Assembly: GCA_022340885.1 (NCBI GenBank)
Contig: JAJDND010000159.1
Span: 3,395 to 67,394 of the forward strand
From: Desulfobacterales bacterium
GTDB lineage: Bacteria > Desulfobacterota > Desulfobacteria > Desulfobacterales > UBA11574
Length of the DNA: 64,000 nt
Direction: 5' to 3'
Below are positions 50,174 to 59,951 of the stretch, in pieces. Each line of letters opens with the position of its first letter. Within the stretch, counting starts at the first letter, position 1. The translations under genes and the position numbers were made by a program. A model generated the notes under the pieces. That model ran no database searches, had not been told where the DNA came from, and saw only the letters and a program-made list of their open reading frames with translations.

Positions 50174-51841
50174 ATGGAACACGCACGACTACTTATTGCC
50201 ATCGTACTTTCTCTGCTTGTTTTTATTGTTTGGAATGCGTTTTTTCTGGATAAGGAGCAGAAAAAACTTCCCAAACAAAACATAAAAACCCAGGAGCAGG
50301 TCACAAAGGGCTCGGAAAAAACCGCAAAAGAAACAACCGAAACAAAAGCGGCCTTGCCCGAATCGACAACACCGGCAAAAACACCCGCTTTAGAATCGGT
50401 CGCGTCTTCACGAACCATTACGGTCAATCTGCCTTTGTACACGGTAAAAATATCTACAAAAGGCGCTGTGTTCAGAAGTTTCGTGCTCAAAAAGTATCGA
50501 AAAACCATTAAACCCGATTCACCTTTGCTGGACATGATCAATCCGGATTTGACCCAAGGAACAGTACGGGTCGGGTATGCTGAAAATAGCATTCAAGGAC
50601 TTGATAATGCAGTTTTTTCGGCTCATCTGAATAAAGATGCCGTCGATATTAAAGATAAACCCACACCAATCGTCTTTTCTTGGAAATCCCCCCGGGGCGT
50701 CGTGGTTGAAAAGAGATTTTTGTTTTCCCCCAAAACCTATACGATCGGTCTCGATGTTATCATTAAAAACAGCTCCGCACAGCCGATTAAAGACAGCCTG
50801 ACCCTGTCTTTGTTAAAAAAAGGACCGGAAAACGCAAGCAGATACGGTTTTGAAGGGCCGAGCGCGCTGATAAACAACAAGCTCGAGGAGATCAAGATCA
50901 AGAAGATTAAAAAACAAGACGTCTATCCGGGGAAATTGGAATGGATTGCCATCCAAGGCCGTTATTTTCTTTCCGCCGTTATGCCCAATGAAGCGATCGA
51001 CGCCCGTATGCACCTTAGCAATGGGGGCGACATCCTGACGAACACATATGTCCAGCCGGAACAAACGATTCTTCCCGATCAACAACATGTTTTTAAATAT
51101 AAAGTCTTTTTTGGGCCCAAAAGCATGGCCGTGCTAAAGTCCGTAGACTATGACCTCATCAAGGCCGTGAATTTTGGCATGTTTGACATCCTTGCCAAGC
51201 CTTGCGTTTATATCATGAATTATATCTACAAATTCATCCCCAACTATGGGGTGGCCATCATTATTTTGACATTACTCTCCAAAATTATTTTATGGCCCCT
51301 GGGTAATAAGAGCTATAAATCAATGGCTCAAATGAAAAAAATTCAACCGTTGATGGCGGAAATCAAAGAGAAATATAAAGATGACAAGAAAAAAATGAAT
51401 GAAGAGATGATGGGGTTATATAAAACATACAAGGTGAACCCCCTGGGCGGATGTCTTCCGATGGTTGTGCAAATTCCGGTGTTTTTTGCCCTTTACAGGA
51501 TGTTGTATGGCGCCATCGAACTCAGACATGCGCCGTTTATATGGTGGATTAACGACCTGTCGGCGCCCGATCGCCTCTTCAGATTCGATTTTCACATCCC
51601 CTTTATGCAGCCGCCGTACGGAATTCCGGTTTTAACGATAATTATGGGGGTGACCATGTTTATTCAACAAAAAATGTCGCCGCCGGCTGGCGATCCTACT
51701 CAGGCAAAAATGATGATGTTGATGCCGATTGTTTTTACCGTAATTTTTATCAATTTTTCTTCGGGACTTGTTCTGTACTGGCTGGTCAATAATGTCATTT
51801 CCATGATTCAACAGTATTACATTCAGAAGAAAAACGCTTAA
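50174..51841 (+). CDS. yidC: Membrane protein insertase YidC
   Basis: ATG at 50174 is preceded by GGAGAGG. N-terminal TM, large periplasmic domain, and a conserved core (KMKKIQPLMAEIKEKYKDDKKKMNEEMMGLYKTYKVNPLGGCLPMVVQIPVFFALY). Confidence 0.93.
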   Translation: MEHARLLIAIVLSLLVFIVWNAFFLDKEQKKLPKQNIKTQEQVTKGSEKTAKETTETKAALPESTTPAKTPALESVASSRTITVNLPLYTVKISTKGAVFRSFVLKKYRKTIKPDSPLLDMINPDLTQGTVRVGYAENSIQGLDNAVFSAHLNKDAVDIKDKPTPIVFSWKSPRGVVVEKRFLFSPKTYTIGLDVIIKNSSAQPIKDSLTLSLLKKGPENASRYGFEGPSALINNKLEEIKIKKIKKQDVYPGKLEWIAIQGRYFLSAVMPNEAIDARMHLSNGGDILTNTYVQPEQTILPDQQHVFKYKVFFGPKSMAVLKSVDYDLIKAVNFGMFDILAKPCVYIMNYIYKFIPNYGVAIIILTLLSKIILWPLGNKSYKSMAQMKKIQPLMAEIKEKYKDDKKKMNEEMMGLYKTYKVNPLGGCLPMVVQIPVFFALYRMLYGAIELRHAPFIWWINDLSAPDRLFRFDFHIPFMQPPYGIPVLTIIMGVTMFIQQKMSPPAGDPTQAKMMMLMPIVFTVIFINFSSGLVLYWLVNNVISMIQQYYIQKKNA

Positions 51842-51857
51842 TAACGGAGGTTCTATC

Positions 51858-52646
51858 ATGTCACCCAGCTTGGAGTTCGAAGATAAAAACGTTGAAATGG
51901 CTGTCAAAAAAGCCTGTGAAGAACTAAATATACCCAGGGAAAAACTCAAACACGATGTTATCTCGTATGGATCGACCGGGATTTTCGGATTGGTGGGCAC
52001 CAAGAAGGCGCGTATTCGTGTAACCATACCCAGATCTTCCCAAGCAGCGAAAACGGGGACCCCAGATAACAAAAAATCGAAAAAGGTTTTATCCAAACAC
52101 GTTGTCGAAGATACCGGCTCTAAAAGCGATGCCTCGATTATTGAAGACACAGCAGACTTTCATGCAGAGGACGATGCCAAAAACGTCGGCAAAGAAGCAT
52201 TGCAGCGTATCGTCGATTTTATCACCCAAGATGCCACCATCAGCATCCGGGAGGAATCGAACAGAATCTTTTTTAATGTCAACGGCGGGAACTCTGCCGT
52301 TCTTATCGGAAAGCGCGGACAAACCCTTGATGCGATACAATATCTCGTTGATAAGATTGTAAATAATAAAAGAAAAGAGCGTGTTGCCGTTCAGGTGGAT
52401 GTTGAAGGCTACATGGAGAAACGACGCGTCAATCTGGAAAAAGCAGCTGCAAGACTTGCAGAAAAAGTTAAGAGAACCGGAAAACCGGCAACGCTGGGAC
52501 AAATGAATTCACATGATCGAAGAATCGTTCATATTGCCTTGAAAAATGACGCTATGGTCAGAACCCAGAGCTTGGGGCAGGGAACCGTAAGGAAACTTGT
52601 GATATTCCCCAAAAAAAATTCGTCGCGGAAAAATAATGGAAGATGA
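51858..52646 (+). CDS. jag: RNA-binding protein Jag (Jag_N + KH + R3H)
   Basis: 262 aa. N-terminal FEDKNVEMAVKKACEELNI, KH-like LIGKRGQTLDAIQYL, and R3H region LGQMNSHDRRIVHIALK. The position between yidC and mnmE is canonical. Confidence 0.88.
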   Translation: MSPSLEFEDKNVEMAVKKACEELNIPREKLKHDVISYGSTGIFGLVGTKKARIRVTIPRSSQAAKTGTPDNKKSKKVLSKHVVEDTGSKSDASIIEDTADFHAEDDAKNVGKEALQRIVDFITQDATISIREESNRIFFNVNGGNSAVLIGKRGQTLDAIQYLVDKIVNNKRKERVAVQVDVEGYMEKRRVNLEKAAARLAEKVKRTGKPATLGQMNSHDRRIVHIALKNDAMVRTQSLGQGTVRKLVIFPKKNSSRKNNGR

Positions 52647-54051
52647 TACCATCGCCGCCGTTGCGACGCCTTTTGGGATCGGCGGAATCGGGATTATTAA
52701 AATCTCCGGCAAAGATGCTTTTTATATTGCAGAAGCTATCTTTCAAAGATCCAATAATCTGCCGCATATTGCCACAGATGAACCCCGCGAACACGGTTTT
52801 TCCTTAAAATCCCACCGCCTTTATCACGGACATATCGTCCATCCGAAAACCCAAAAGGTCCTGGATGAAGTTCTTCTGACAGCCATGAAGGCACCTCTGA
52901 CATACACAAGAGAGGATGTTATTGAAATAAACACGCATTCAGGATCCGTTGTGCTGGCTTCGATTCTGGACTTGGTCATAAAGACCGGCGCGAGGCTGGC
53001 GGATCCCGGCGAATTTACAAAAAGGGCTTATCTCAGCGGCCGCATCGATCTTACCCAAGCCGAAGCCGTGATCGATATCATTAATTCCAAAACCGAAATA
53101 TCCCTTGAAATGGCAATGGCGCAGATAAAAGGCGGGCTGAAGCGTCGCGTGGAGTCCATAAGAGGTTCGTTGATCAATATTTTAACCGAAATAGAAGCGG
53201 CCATAGATTTTCCCGAAGATATTGAAGATGATGTTGACGAAACATCCCTTGTTAATATTTTAGAACAAAATATTATTGTTGAATTATCCGAAATGGTTAA
53301 GCAGCATGAGTGCGCTCATTTTCTGAGAGACGGCTTTAAAATAATGGTCCTTGGCCATCCCAATGTCGGCAAATCGAGTCTTATGAACCGGCTGATTCAG
53401 AGAGATCGAGCGATAGTAACGCCAATTCCCGGAACAACGAGGGATATCATCGAAGAAACATTGAACATACGCGGCATACCGTTTATAATAGCTGACAGCG
53501 CCGGTCTTCATGAGACCCGGGATCCGGTTGAAATCATCGGCATGAAAAAAACTCGGGAATATCTCGAGGGATCGGATTTGGTCCTTTTTATGATCGATGC
53601 CGATGATCCATTCACCCGGGAGGATCAACAGATATATCAGTCCGTCAAGGACAAGCGGGTCATCTTGGTTATCAATAAAATCGATTTGATAAAGGACGGT
53701 CTTGAACGCGACATTCCTGAAACCTGGAATAAAATGCCCGTCAGCAGGATATCGGCACTGTATGGCGACGGGATGAATACGCTAAAAAATATGATTGTGC
53801 AGCATACAACGGGGAACGCACATCTGGAATTGAAAGATACCGTCATCCCCAATCTGAGGCATAAAAACGCGCTTTTAAAAAGTCTTGAACACGCGATAGC
53901 TGCAAAAGAAGAGATTCGAAACGGTACGCCGTTGGAATTGATCGCCATTGATATTCAGGAAGCAATGGACCGCCTGGGCGAGATTATCGGCGTCACCGCC
54001 AAAGAAGATGTCGTGGATCATATTTTCAGCCGATTCTGTATAGGCAAATAA
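52636..54051 (+). CDS. mnmE: tRNA uridine-5-carboxymethylaminomethyl modification GTPase MnmE
   Basis: 471 aa. DTIAAVATPFGIGGIGIIKISG, G1 GHPNVGKSSLMN, G3 DSAGL, NKIDL, and the C-terminal FCIGK. Confidence 0.95.
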   Translation: MEDDTIAAVATPFGIGGIGIIKISGKDAFYIAEAIFQRSNNLPHIATDEPREHGFSLKSHRLYHGHIVHPKTQKVLDEVLLTAMKAPLTYTREDVIEINTHSGSVVLASILDLVIKTGARLADPGEFTKRAYLSGRIDLTQAEAVIDIINSKTEISLEMAMAQIKGGLKRRVESIRGSLINILTEIEAAIDFPEDIEDDVDETSLVNILEQNIIVELSEMVKQHECAHFLRDGFKIMVLGHPNVGKSSLMNRLIQRDRAIVTPIPGTTRDIIEETLNIRGIPFIIADSAGLHETRDPVEIIGMKKTREYLEGSDLVLFMIDADDPFTREDQQIYQSVKDKRVILVINKIDLIKDGLERDIPETWNKMPVSRISALYGDGMNTLKNMIVQHTTGNAHLELKDTVIPNLRHKNALLKSLEHAIAAKEEIRNGTPLELIAIDIQEAMDRLGEIIGVTAKEDVVDHIFSRFCIGK

Positions 54052-54067
54052 TGTTTCACGTGAAACA
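54052..54067. promoter_or_regulatory. Perfect 16-bp palindrome TGTTTCACGTGAAACA directly after the mnmE stop
   Basis: Read directly from the sequence. It could fold as a 6-bp stem with a 4-nt loop but has no T-tract after it. It lies 96 nt upstream of the next gene, so a dimeric-regulator site is equally possible. Confidence 0.35.
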
Positions 54068-54162
54068 CGGTTAGGGGCGTTTAAATCATATCCGGGCGCA
54101 AAACAGGGACATATGCAGAGGTCTCGAACAGAAGCGACCCGCTGAATGCAAGGAGTAGACCG

Positions 54163-54900
54163 ATGGACATAGATTTCAAGCCATTTTTTGAAAAATACAA
54201 GGTGCTTTCGACCATAGCTGATGAGTTGTTTGCAAAAACACAAAAAGAATTCGCAGAATGCATTAAATGTGAAATCAAATGCGCAGATTGCTGTCACGCA
54301 TTGTTCGATTTGACCCTGATAGAAGCGATGTATATCAATCATCGGTTTAATAAGATGTTTGAAGGCGAAAAAAGAGAGGCGATTTTAGAAAAAGCGAATC
54401 GTGCGGATCGAAAAACCTACATGATCAAAAGAAAAGCATACAAGGACAAAGAAGCCGGGAAAAACGAGGTTGAAATTTTGATGGAAATTGCTGCCGAACG
54501 GGTCAGATGCCCGTTCCTTAACGAAAATGATATGTGCGAGCTTTACGACGATCGACCCATCACGTGCAGGCTGTACGGGATGCCGACGTCTACGGGCGGT
54601 ATTTCGCACACCTGCGGAAAATCAGGATTTTCTGAAGGGACGCCATATCCCACAGCCAATCTGGATGTGATTCAAAAAAAGCTTTACGAGATTTCTGCCG
54701 AATTCGTCACTCACATCAAAACCCGGCATATCAAGATGGCCGATATGCTCGTTCCGCTGTCCATGGCAATTCTCACCGAATACAATGAAAAATACCTGGG
54801 CATAGTGGATGAGACTAAGACCTTAAAGGATCAAGGAAAAGAACATGAGCGTCACATCACCGGAAGACGAGGAAAAACGAAAAAAAGCCATTTTCGATAG
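54163..54900 (+). CDS. YkgJ-family cysteine-cluster protein (second paralogue)
   Basis: 245 aa. CIKCEIKCADCCHALF (CxxCxxCC type) and RCPFLNENDMCELYDDRPITCRLYG. The basic tail (GRRGKTKKSHFR) may be read-through past the functional end. Confidence 0.8.
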   Translation: MDIDFKPFFEKYKVLSTIADELFAKTQKEFAECIKCEIKCADCCHALFDLTLIEAMYINHRFNKMFEGEKREAILEKANRADRKTYMIKRKAYKDKEAGKNEVEILMEIAAERVRCPFLNENDMCELYDDRPITCRLYGMPTSTGGISHTCGKSGFSEGTPYPTANLDVIQKKLYEISAEFVTHIKTRHIKMADMLVPLSMAILTEYNEKYLGIVDETKTLKDQGKEHERHITGRRGKTKKSHFR

Positions 54901-55207
54901 TATGTCGCCCAGAAGGCAGAAACATATCCTGAAAAAAGGGTATAAAAAATGGGACCCTTTTCAGGAACCCAAAGATCCCATCGATATCAGAAGGGACAAA
55001 ACCAAGCGAACGACGAAAATGCTGGTGCGGGAATTTTTACAAACAAAGCAGATGCAGGAATACAGCAACGCCTATGGTCAGGGTGTTTTCGAGATTTGCC
55101 TGGGCATTATCAACGATGATGAACGCTACAGGGCCATGTTCGAATTTTCAGTGTGGTACAACAGGCTGTTAAAACGAGAAGGGTATAAGTCGTCCGAAGA
55201 ATCCTAA
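54845..55207 (+). CDS. Hypothetical protein (120 aa, lysine/arginine-rich N-terminus)
   Basis: ATG at 54845 is preceded by AGGAAAAG and overlaps the upstream gene by 56 nt. The alternative ATG at 54902 (1 nt after the upstream stop) has no SD. I recognise no family. Confidence 0.55.
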   Translation: MSVTSPEDEEKRKKAIFDSMSPRRQKHILKKGYKKWDPFQEPKDPIDIRRDKTKRTTKMLVREFLQTKQMQEYSNAYGQGVFEICLGIINDDERYRAMFEFSVWYNRLLKREGYKSSEES

Positions 55208-55214
55208 AAAAACG

Positions 55215-55259
55215 GGTCCGGAATCCGGGCCTGAAACCCAATTCGCCGGATTCCGGACC
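55215..55259. terminator. Bidirectional hairpin between convergent genes
   Basis: GGTCCGGAATCCGG (55215-55228) and CCGGATTCCGGACC (55246-55259) are perfect 14-nt complements separated by 17 nt. They sit between the stops at 55207 (+) and 55266 (-). Confidence 0.5.
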
Positions 55260-55265
55260 GATCGG

Positions 55266-55577
55266 CTATTTTTTCATCTGTTTGTTGAAAATCATTTCTG
55301 CTTTATTGGCCATGTCTTCTGCTTTTTGAGCTGAAGCCTCTGCCGCGTCCGCGGCTTTTTCAGCGCGCATAGCAGCCGCGTTTGCCTTTTCAACCTGTTG
55401 AGCACAATCGCATTCTTTAGCCAATGCCTTGGCGTCCTTGGCATCTTGACTGGCTTGCTGAACCTGCTGCTCCAACGTCTTCATCTGCTGGCTGGTTGCG
55501 CAGCTCATCAGAGAAACAGCCAGTGCCAACGACAACACAAGCCCCAGTACCGCATACATTTTTCTTTTTCTACGCAT
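55266..55577 (-). CDS. Lpp-like alanine-rich coiled-coil lipoprotein with C-terminal Lys-Lys
   Basis: 103 aa. Signal peptide plus lipobox (SLMSC). The mature ~78 aa is Ala/Gln/Lys/Glu-rich and helical in character (AAMRAEKAADAAEASAQKAEDMANKAE). It ends ...KQMKK-stop, verified from cag atg aaa aaa tag. Confidence 0.7.
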   Translation of the reverse strand: MRRKRKMYAVLGLVLSLALAVSLMSCATSQQMKTLEQQVQQASQDAKDAKALAKECDCAQQVEKANAAAMRAEKAADAAEASAQKAEDMANKAEMIFNKQMKK

Positions 55578-55619
55578 ATAATTGCCTCCTCCTTTTTCGT
55601 GATTTTTAACAATCGATTT

Positions 55620-56561
55620 TCATTGAACAGCTGATGCCTTACCTGTGAATGCGACATCACCCCCCTTCTTTAAAAACCCCACTCGAATCGGAACGCCGCT
55701 TTGTTTTTCAAGAGCGTCATTGACCTTTGCAACGGAAACGCTGCGTAACCAACCCAACTCTTGCAATCGATGAATGGTTTGCGTTTGTATGTCTGGAATT
55801 CTTTTGTAAATATCCGGATGTACCTCTATAAAAATATTGTGGTCCCGGATTCCAATTTTTACGGGTTCATAAATGATTTCAACCGGTGTGTTAACGGATA
55901 TATTTTTAAAAAGTATCGCAATATCCTCCGGATATAGACGAATGCATCCATGACTGACAAGCCTTCCCACGCCCCAGGGAAAATTGGTTCCGTGGATACC
56001 GTAACCTTTTAAAGACAATCCAATCCAGTATTTTCCCAAAGGATTGTTCGGCCCGGGCGGTATCGAAGCCGTCCCATATTTGGCCCTCAGCGACTTGGGA
56101 ACCGTCCAGGTAGGATTAACCTGTCGGTCGATAACGTGAGCCACAGCGCCGGGGGTTTCCCAGCCGATAACACCGATGCCCACAGGATATGTGATCACCA
56201 TGCTGATTTTCGGAAAAAAGTGATACAGTCTCATTTCCGGCAGATTAATCACGATACCGTGTAATTTGGTGGACGGTAAAATCCATTGGGTCGGTATGAC
56301 AAGATTTTGTCCGGGGCCGGGGCTCCATGGGTCCATATCCGGGTAGAGTCCGGTAATTTCAAGATAACCCAGATCAAATTTTCGGGCAATATCCAGGAGT
56401 GTTTCTTTGGGCGCGACCACATGATGCCGTATGGCGCCCACAAGTGTTTTGTTTGCACTGTAACTGAAACCGCCGGAAATTGCTTGTTGGTTTAATATAA
56501 CTATAAAAATAATTATCGACAAAAAGCAAATTTTATTTGAATAAGAAGGTTGAAATCGCAT
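55620..56561 (-). CDS. L,D-transpeptidase (LysM + YkuD domains)
   Basis: 313 aa. LysM-like [24 protein letters not shown], and the YkuD catalytic segment [29 protein letters not shown]. Confidence 0.9.
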   Translation of the reverse strand: MRFQPSYSNKICFLSIIIFIVILNQQAISGGFSYSANKTLVGAIRHHVVAPKETLLDIARKFDLGYLEITGLYPDMDPWSPGPGQNLVIPTQWILPSTKLHGIVINLPEMRLYHFFPKISMVITYPVGIGVIGWETPGAVAHVIDRQVNPTWTVPKSLRAKYGTASIPPGPNNPLGKYWIGLSLKGYGIHGTNFPWGVGRLVSHGCIRLYPEDIAILFKNISVNTPVEIIYEPVKIGIRDHNIFIEVHPDIYKRIPDIQTQTIHRLQELGWLRSVSVAKVNDALEKQSGVPIRVGFLKKGGDVAFTGKASAVQ

Positions 56562-56693
56562 AAAAATTGAATATCACAACTGAAAAAAAATGACAAATAT
56601 TTGAGAACCCGGACACGTGGCCATTCTTGAAAGATTTTGATGACCGACCAAAGGGGTTTAAACAAATTTGGGGTAGCTTCTAGTGCAGTTGCG

Positions 56694-59600
56694 CTATGCC
56701 GGGGGTTCTTTCATCGATGGTACATCATGCCTGTGAGCATGTTCCCATCGCTTATCGAGAAAATAAAGGATCGGGACCGCCATTCTCGATATGAACAATG
56801 ATGCTACCTCGCCCGCCATCAAAGATATGGCAAGACCCTGAAAAATCGGATCGTAAAGAATTACGGAAACGCCCACCACCACCGCGGCCGCGGTGAGCAT
56901 CATGGGTCGAAACCGCACGGCGCCCGCATCGATGACCGCCAGATCAAGGGGCATGCCTTGTTCGAGGCGAAGTTCGATAAAATCGACCAGGATGATGGAG
57001 TTTCTGACAACAATTCCCGCACCGGCAATAAACCCGATCATGGATGTTGCCGTAAAAAAGGCACCCAGTGCCCAATGCGCAGGCAGGATTCCAATCAGCG
57101 AAAACGGAATAACGGCCATAATGACCAGTGGTGTGGTGAAGGACTGAAACCATCCCACAACCAGCACGAAAATCAGCAGCAATACCACGGCAAAAGAAAT
57201 CCCGAGATCCCGAAAGACTTCATAGGTAATCTGCCATTCTCCGTCCCATTTCATTTCAAACTTTCGGTCGCTGGAAGGAAGATGAGCATAGTTTTGAACG
57301 ACACGGTATCCTTCCGGCAATGGGATGGCGTTGATTTTATTCTTCATTTCCAGAATAGCATATACGGGACTTTCCTTAACTCCCGCAACATCCCCGAGGA
57401 CATACACCACAGGCATTAAATTTTTATGAAAAATATTCAAATCCGGCGGGGTCTTACGAACGTGGATCAGCGACGAAACCGGCACCATACGGCCGTCGGC
57501 CGATAAAAGCTTCAGTGATTTAAGCCGTTGAATTCCGGCGCGCGCAGACTGGGGAAGCCGCAGCAGTATGGGAACATCCTCTCTTTCCCTGGGTTGATGA
57601 AGCAATCCAGTCTGTTGTCCTTTAAGGGCCAGCTGAAGGGTGCGATTAATCCGGTCCACGCTGATTCCGTGAAGCGCGGCTTTTTCCCTGTCAATTTCGA
57701 TTTCGTAACGGGGCTGAGTGTTATTCATGTACCAGTTCACATCGACCACGCCGGGTGTCTTCTCAAAAATATTCATAATATCGGCAGCAATCTGTATTTG
57801 ACGTTTGTAGTTGGGACCGTAAATTTCGGCCACAAGCGGCGACAAAACCGGTGGGCCCGGCGGAACCTCGACCACCTGAACCCGTGCATGGTATTTGTCT
57901 GCAATGGTTTTAAGAACCGGACGCACGCGTTTGGCGATTTCATGGCTCTGTTCCTTTCGATCTGCTTTATTTACCAGGTTGACATGAATGCCTGCCTGAT
58001 AAACCTTTTTGCGCAGGTAATAATGGCGGACCATCCCGTTAAAACTAAGGGGTTCCGGAGTTCCCACATAAAGTTCATAGTCCGTGACTTCATTAACGGT
58101 TTTAATATAATCTCCCATTTCCGTTGCAGCTGCAGCGGTATCTTCCAATGTAGCGGCATGGGGCATGTTGATGATGACTTGAAATTCACTCTTATTGTCA
58201 AAAGGGAGCATTTTAACCTGAACCAATCCGATTCCAATCATGGCACATGACAGGATAAGAAGGACAACGATGCCGATAAGAAAAACCCATCGCCAGAATC
58301 GATTTTCTATCAGAGGGGTCATAATACGTCGATAAAGGCGTGTGCTCCAGTCTTCATCATCATCATGTACATCGGCGGCCGTTGGTTTGTCGTGTTTTAA
58401 CAGCCGGACTGAAGCCCAGGGGGTAACGATAAATGCAACAGCAAGTGAAAAGATCATCGCGGCTGACGCACCCACGGGAATGGGTCTCATGTAGGGCCCC
58501 ATCAGCCCGCCGACAAACGCCATGGGCAAAATGGCGCTGATGACGGTTAATGTGGCCAAAATGGTTGGATTGCCGACTTCGTCCACCGCTTCAATGGCAA
58601 TGGTGCTCTTTGGACGGTTTCGATTTTCCGGAAGATGAAAATGACGGACGATATTTTCAACCACCACAATGGCATCGTCCACGAGGATTGCGATGGAAAA
58701 TATCAGGGCAAACAGCGTAATCCGGTTCAACGTATAACCATATAGATAAAATATTGCCAGGGCCAGAGCCAGTGTCACCGGAATGGCAATGGCAACAACG
58801 CCGGCTTCGCGATGCCCCAGCACAAACCAGATGAGAGCGGTTACGGAGGCAAAGGCGATCATCAGATGAAACAGCAATTCATTGGATTTTTCTTCGGCGC
58901 TGTTGCCATAGTTTCGGGTCACGGTGATTTGGACGTTGTCGGGGATGACGCTGCCCCTTATTTTGCGGAGTCGTTCAAGGACTTTGTCGGCCACGATAAT
59001 GGCATTGGATCCTTTTCGTTTGGCCACGGTAAGCGTAACAGCCGGAAACCCTCCTACCGAGGAAGGAGGGGTGGGAATGTGTTTTAATTTGGCCGCCGGC
59101 CCGGTGTTAAAAAAAACGTATTGGGACGGTTCTCCGGGACCATCAAATATATTTGCAACATCTCGAAGATAAACAGGTTTTCCGTCATGAACACCAATCA
59201 CCACGCTTTGGACATCTTCAATTGTTTTTAAAAATCCGCCGGTATGAACAATAACCTCTCCTTTTACGGACGGGTATTCGCCGGTGTCGGATTCCTGGTT
59301 TGCAGCGGTCACCATAGCGGCTACCCGCTCAAGATCGAGACCGTATGCCGACAGTTTCTCCGGATTGAAATCCACCCGGACCTGGCGGGGATCGCCGCCG
59401 ATAAGGTTCGTCACGCCAACATTATCTACGCGTTTGACTGTATTTTCCGCCTCTGCAGCCACGCGGCGCAAGGTATAGTGATCGTAGCCTTTCCCCCAGA
59501 ATGTCAGCGCCAGAATCGGAACGTCATCAATATATCGCGGTTTTATGAGCGGCGGCGATACCGACCAGGGAATCAAGTCATAGTTGGCCCTGAGCTTTGA

Positions 59601-59948
59601 CTGAACCCGCACGATAGACTTTTCCTCGTCCTGGCCGACGTAAAACCGGACCACCACCATAGACATGCCGGGGCTGGATGTGGAATAAACATATTCCACC
59701 CCCGGAATTTCCCACAACAGCTTTTCCATGGGACCGGTGATGCGCTGTTCGACTTCTTTGGAACTGGCACCTGGCATTTTCACAAAAATGTCGATCATGG
59801 GTACGATAATCTGTGGTTCTTCTGCTCTGGGAAAAGCGATGAGCGCTGCGGCGCCCAGCAGAATTGACGCGATAATAAAGAGAAGGGTCAACTTGGAGTC
59901 GATAAAAAAACGGGCCACTTTGCCGGCTGTGCCGAATTTTTGCGCCAT
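56694..59948 (-). CDS. RND efflux transporter permease (AcrB/AcrD/AcrF superfamily, hydrophobe/amphiphile-type TM4)
   Basis: 1084 aa. 12-TM, two-loop architecture. The TM4 motif [13 protein letters not shown] is HAE-like rather than the heavy-metal type. Confidence 0.95.
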   Translation of the reverse strand: MAQKFGTAGKVARFFIDSKLTLLFIIASILLGAAALIAFPRAEEPQIIVPMIDIFVKMPGASSKEVEQRITGPMEKLLWEIPGVEYVYSTSSPGMSMVVVRFYVGQDEEKSIVRVQSKLRANYDLIPWSVSPPLIKPRYIDDVPILALTFWGKGYDHYTLRRVAAEAENTVKRVDNVGVTNLIGGDPRQVRVDFNPEKLSAYGLDLERVAAMVTAANQESDTGEYPSVKGEVIVHTGGFLKTIEDVQSVVIGVHDGKPVYLRDVANIFDGPGEPSQYVFFNTGPAAKLKHIPTPPSSVGGFPAVTLTVAKRKGSNAIIVADKVLERLRKIRGSVIPDNVQITVTRNYGNSAEEKSNELLFHLMIAFASVTALIWFVLGHREAGVVAIAIPVTLALALAIFYLYGYTLNRITLFALIFSIAILVDDAIVVVENIVRHFHLPENRNRPKSTIAIEAVDEVGNPTILATLTVISAILPMAFVGGLMGPYMRPIPVGASAAMIFSLAVAFIVTPWASVRLLKHDKPTAADVHDDDEDWSTRLYRRIMTPLIENRFWRWVFLIGIVVLLILSCAMIGIGLVQVKMLPFDNKSEFQVIINMPHAATLEDTAAAATEMGDYIKTVNEVTDYELYVGTPEPLSFNGMVRHYYLRKKVYQAGIHVNLVNKADRKEQSHEIAKRVRPVLKTIADKYHARVQVVEVPPGPPVLSPLVAEIYGPNYKRQIQIAADIMNIFEKTPGVVDVNWYMNNTQPRYEIEIDREKAALHGISVDRINRTLQLALKGQQTGLLHQPREREDVPILLRLPQSARAGIQRLKSLKLLSADGRMVPVSSLIHVRKTPPDLNIFHKNLMPVVYVLGDVAGVKESPVYAILEMKNKINAIPLPEGYRVVQNYAHLPSSDRKFEMKWDGEWQITYEVFRDLGISFAVVLLLIFVLVVGWFQSFTTPLVIMAVIPFSLIGILPAHWALGAFFTATSMIGFIAGAGIVVRNSIILVDFIELRLEQGMPLDLAVIDAGAVRFRPMMLTAAAVVVGVSVILYDPIFQGLAISLMAGEVASLFISRMAVPILYFLDKRWEHAHRHDVPSMKEPPA

Positions 59949-59951
59949 GTC

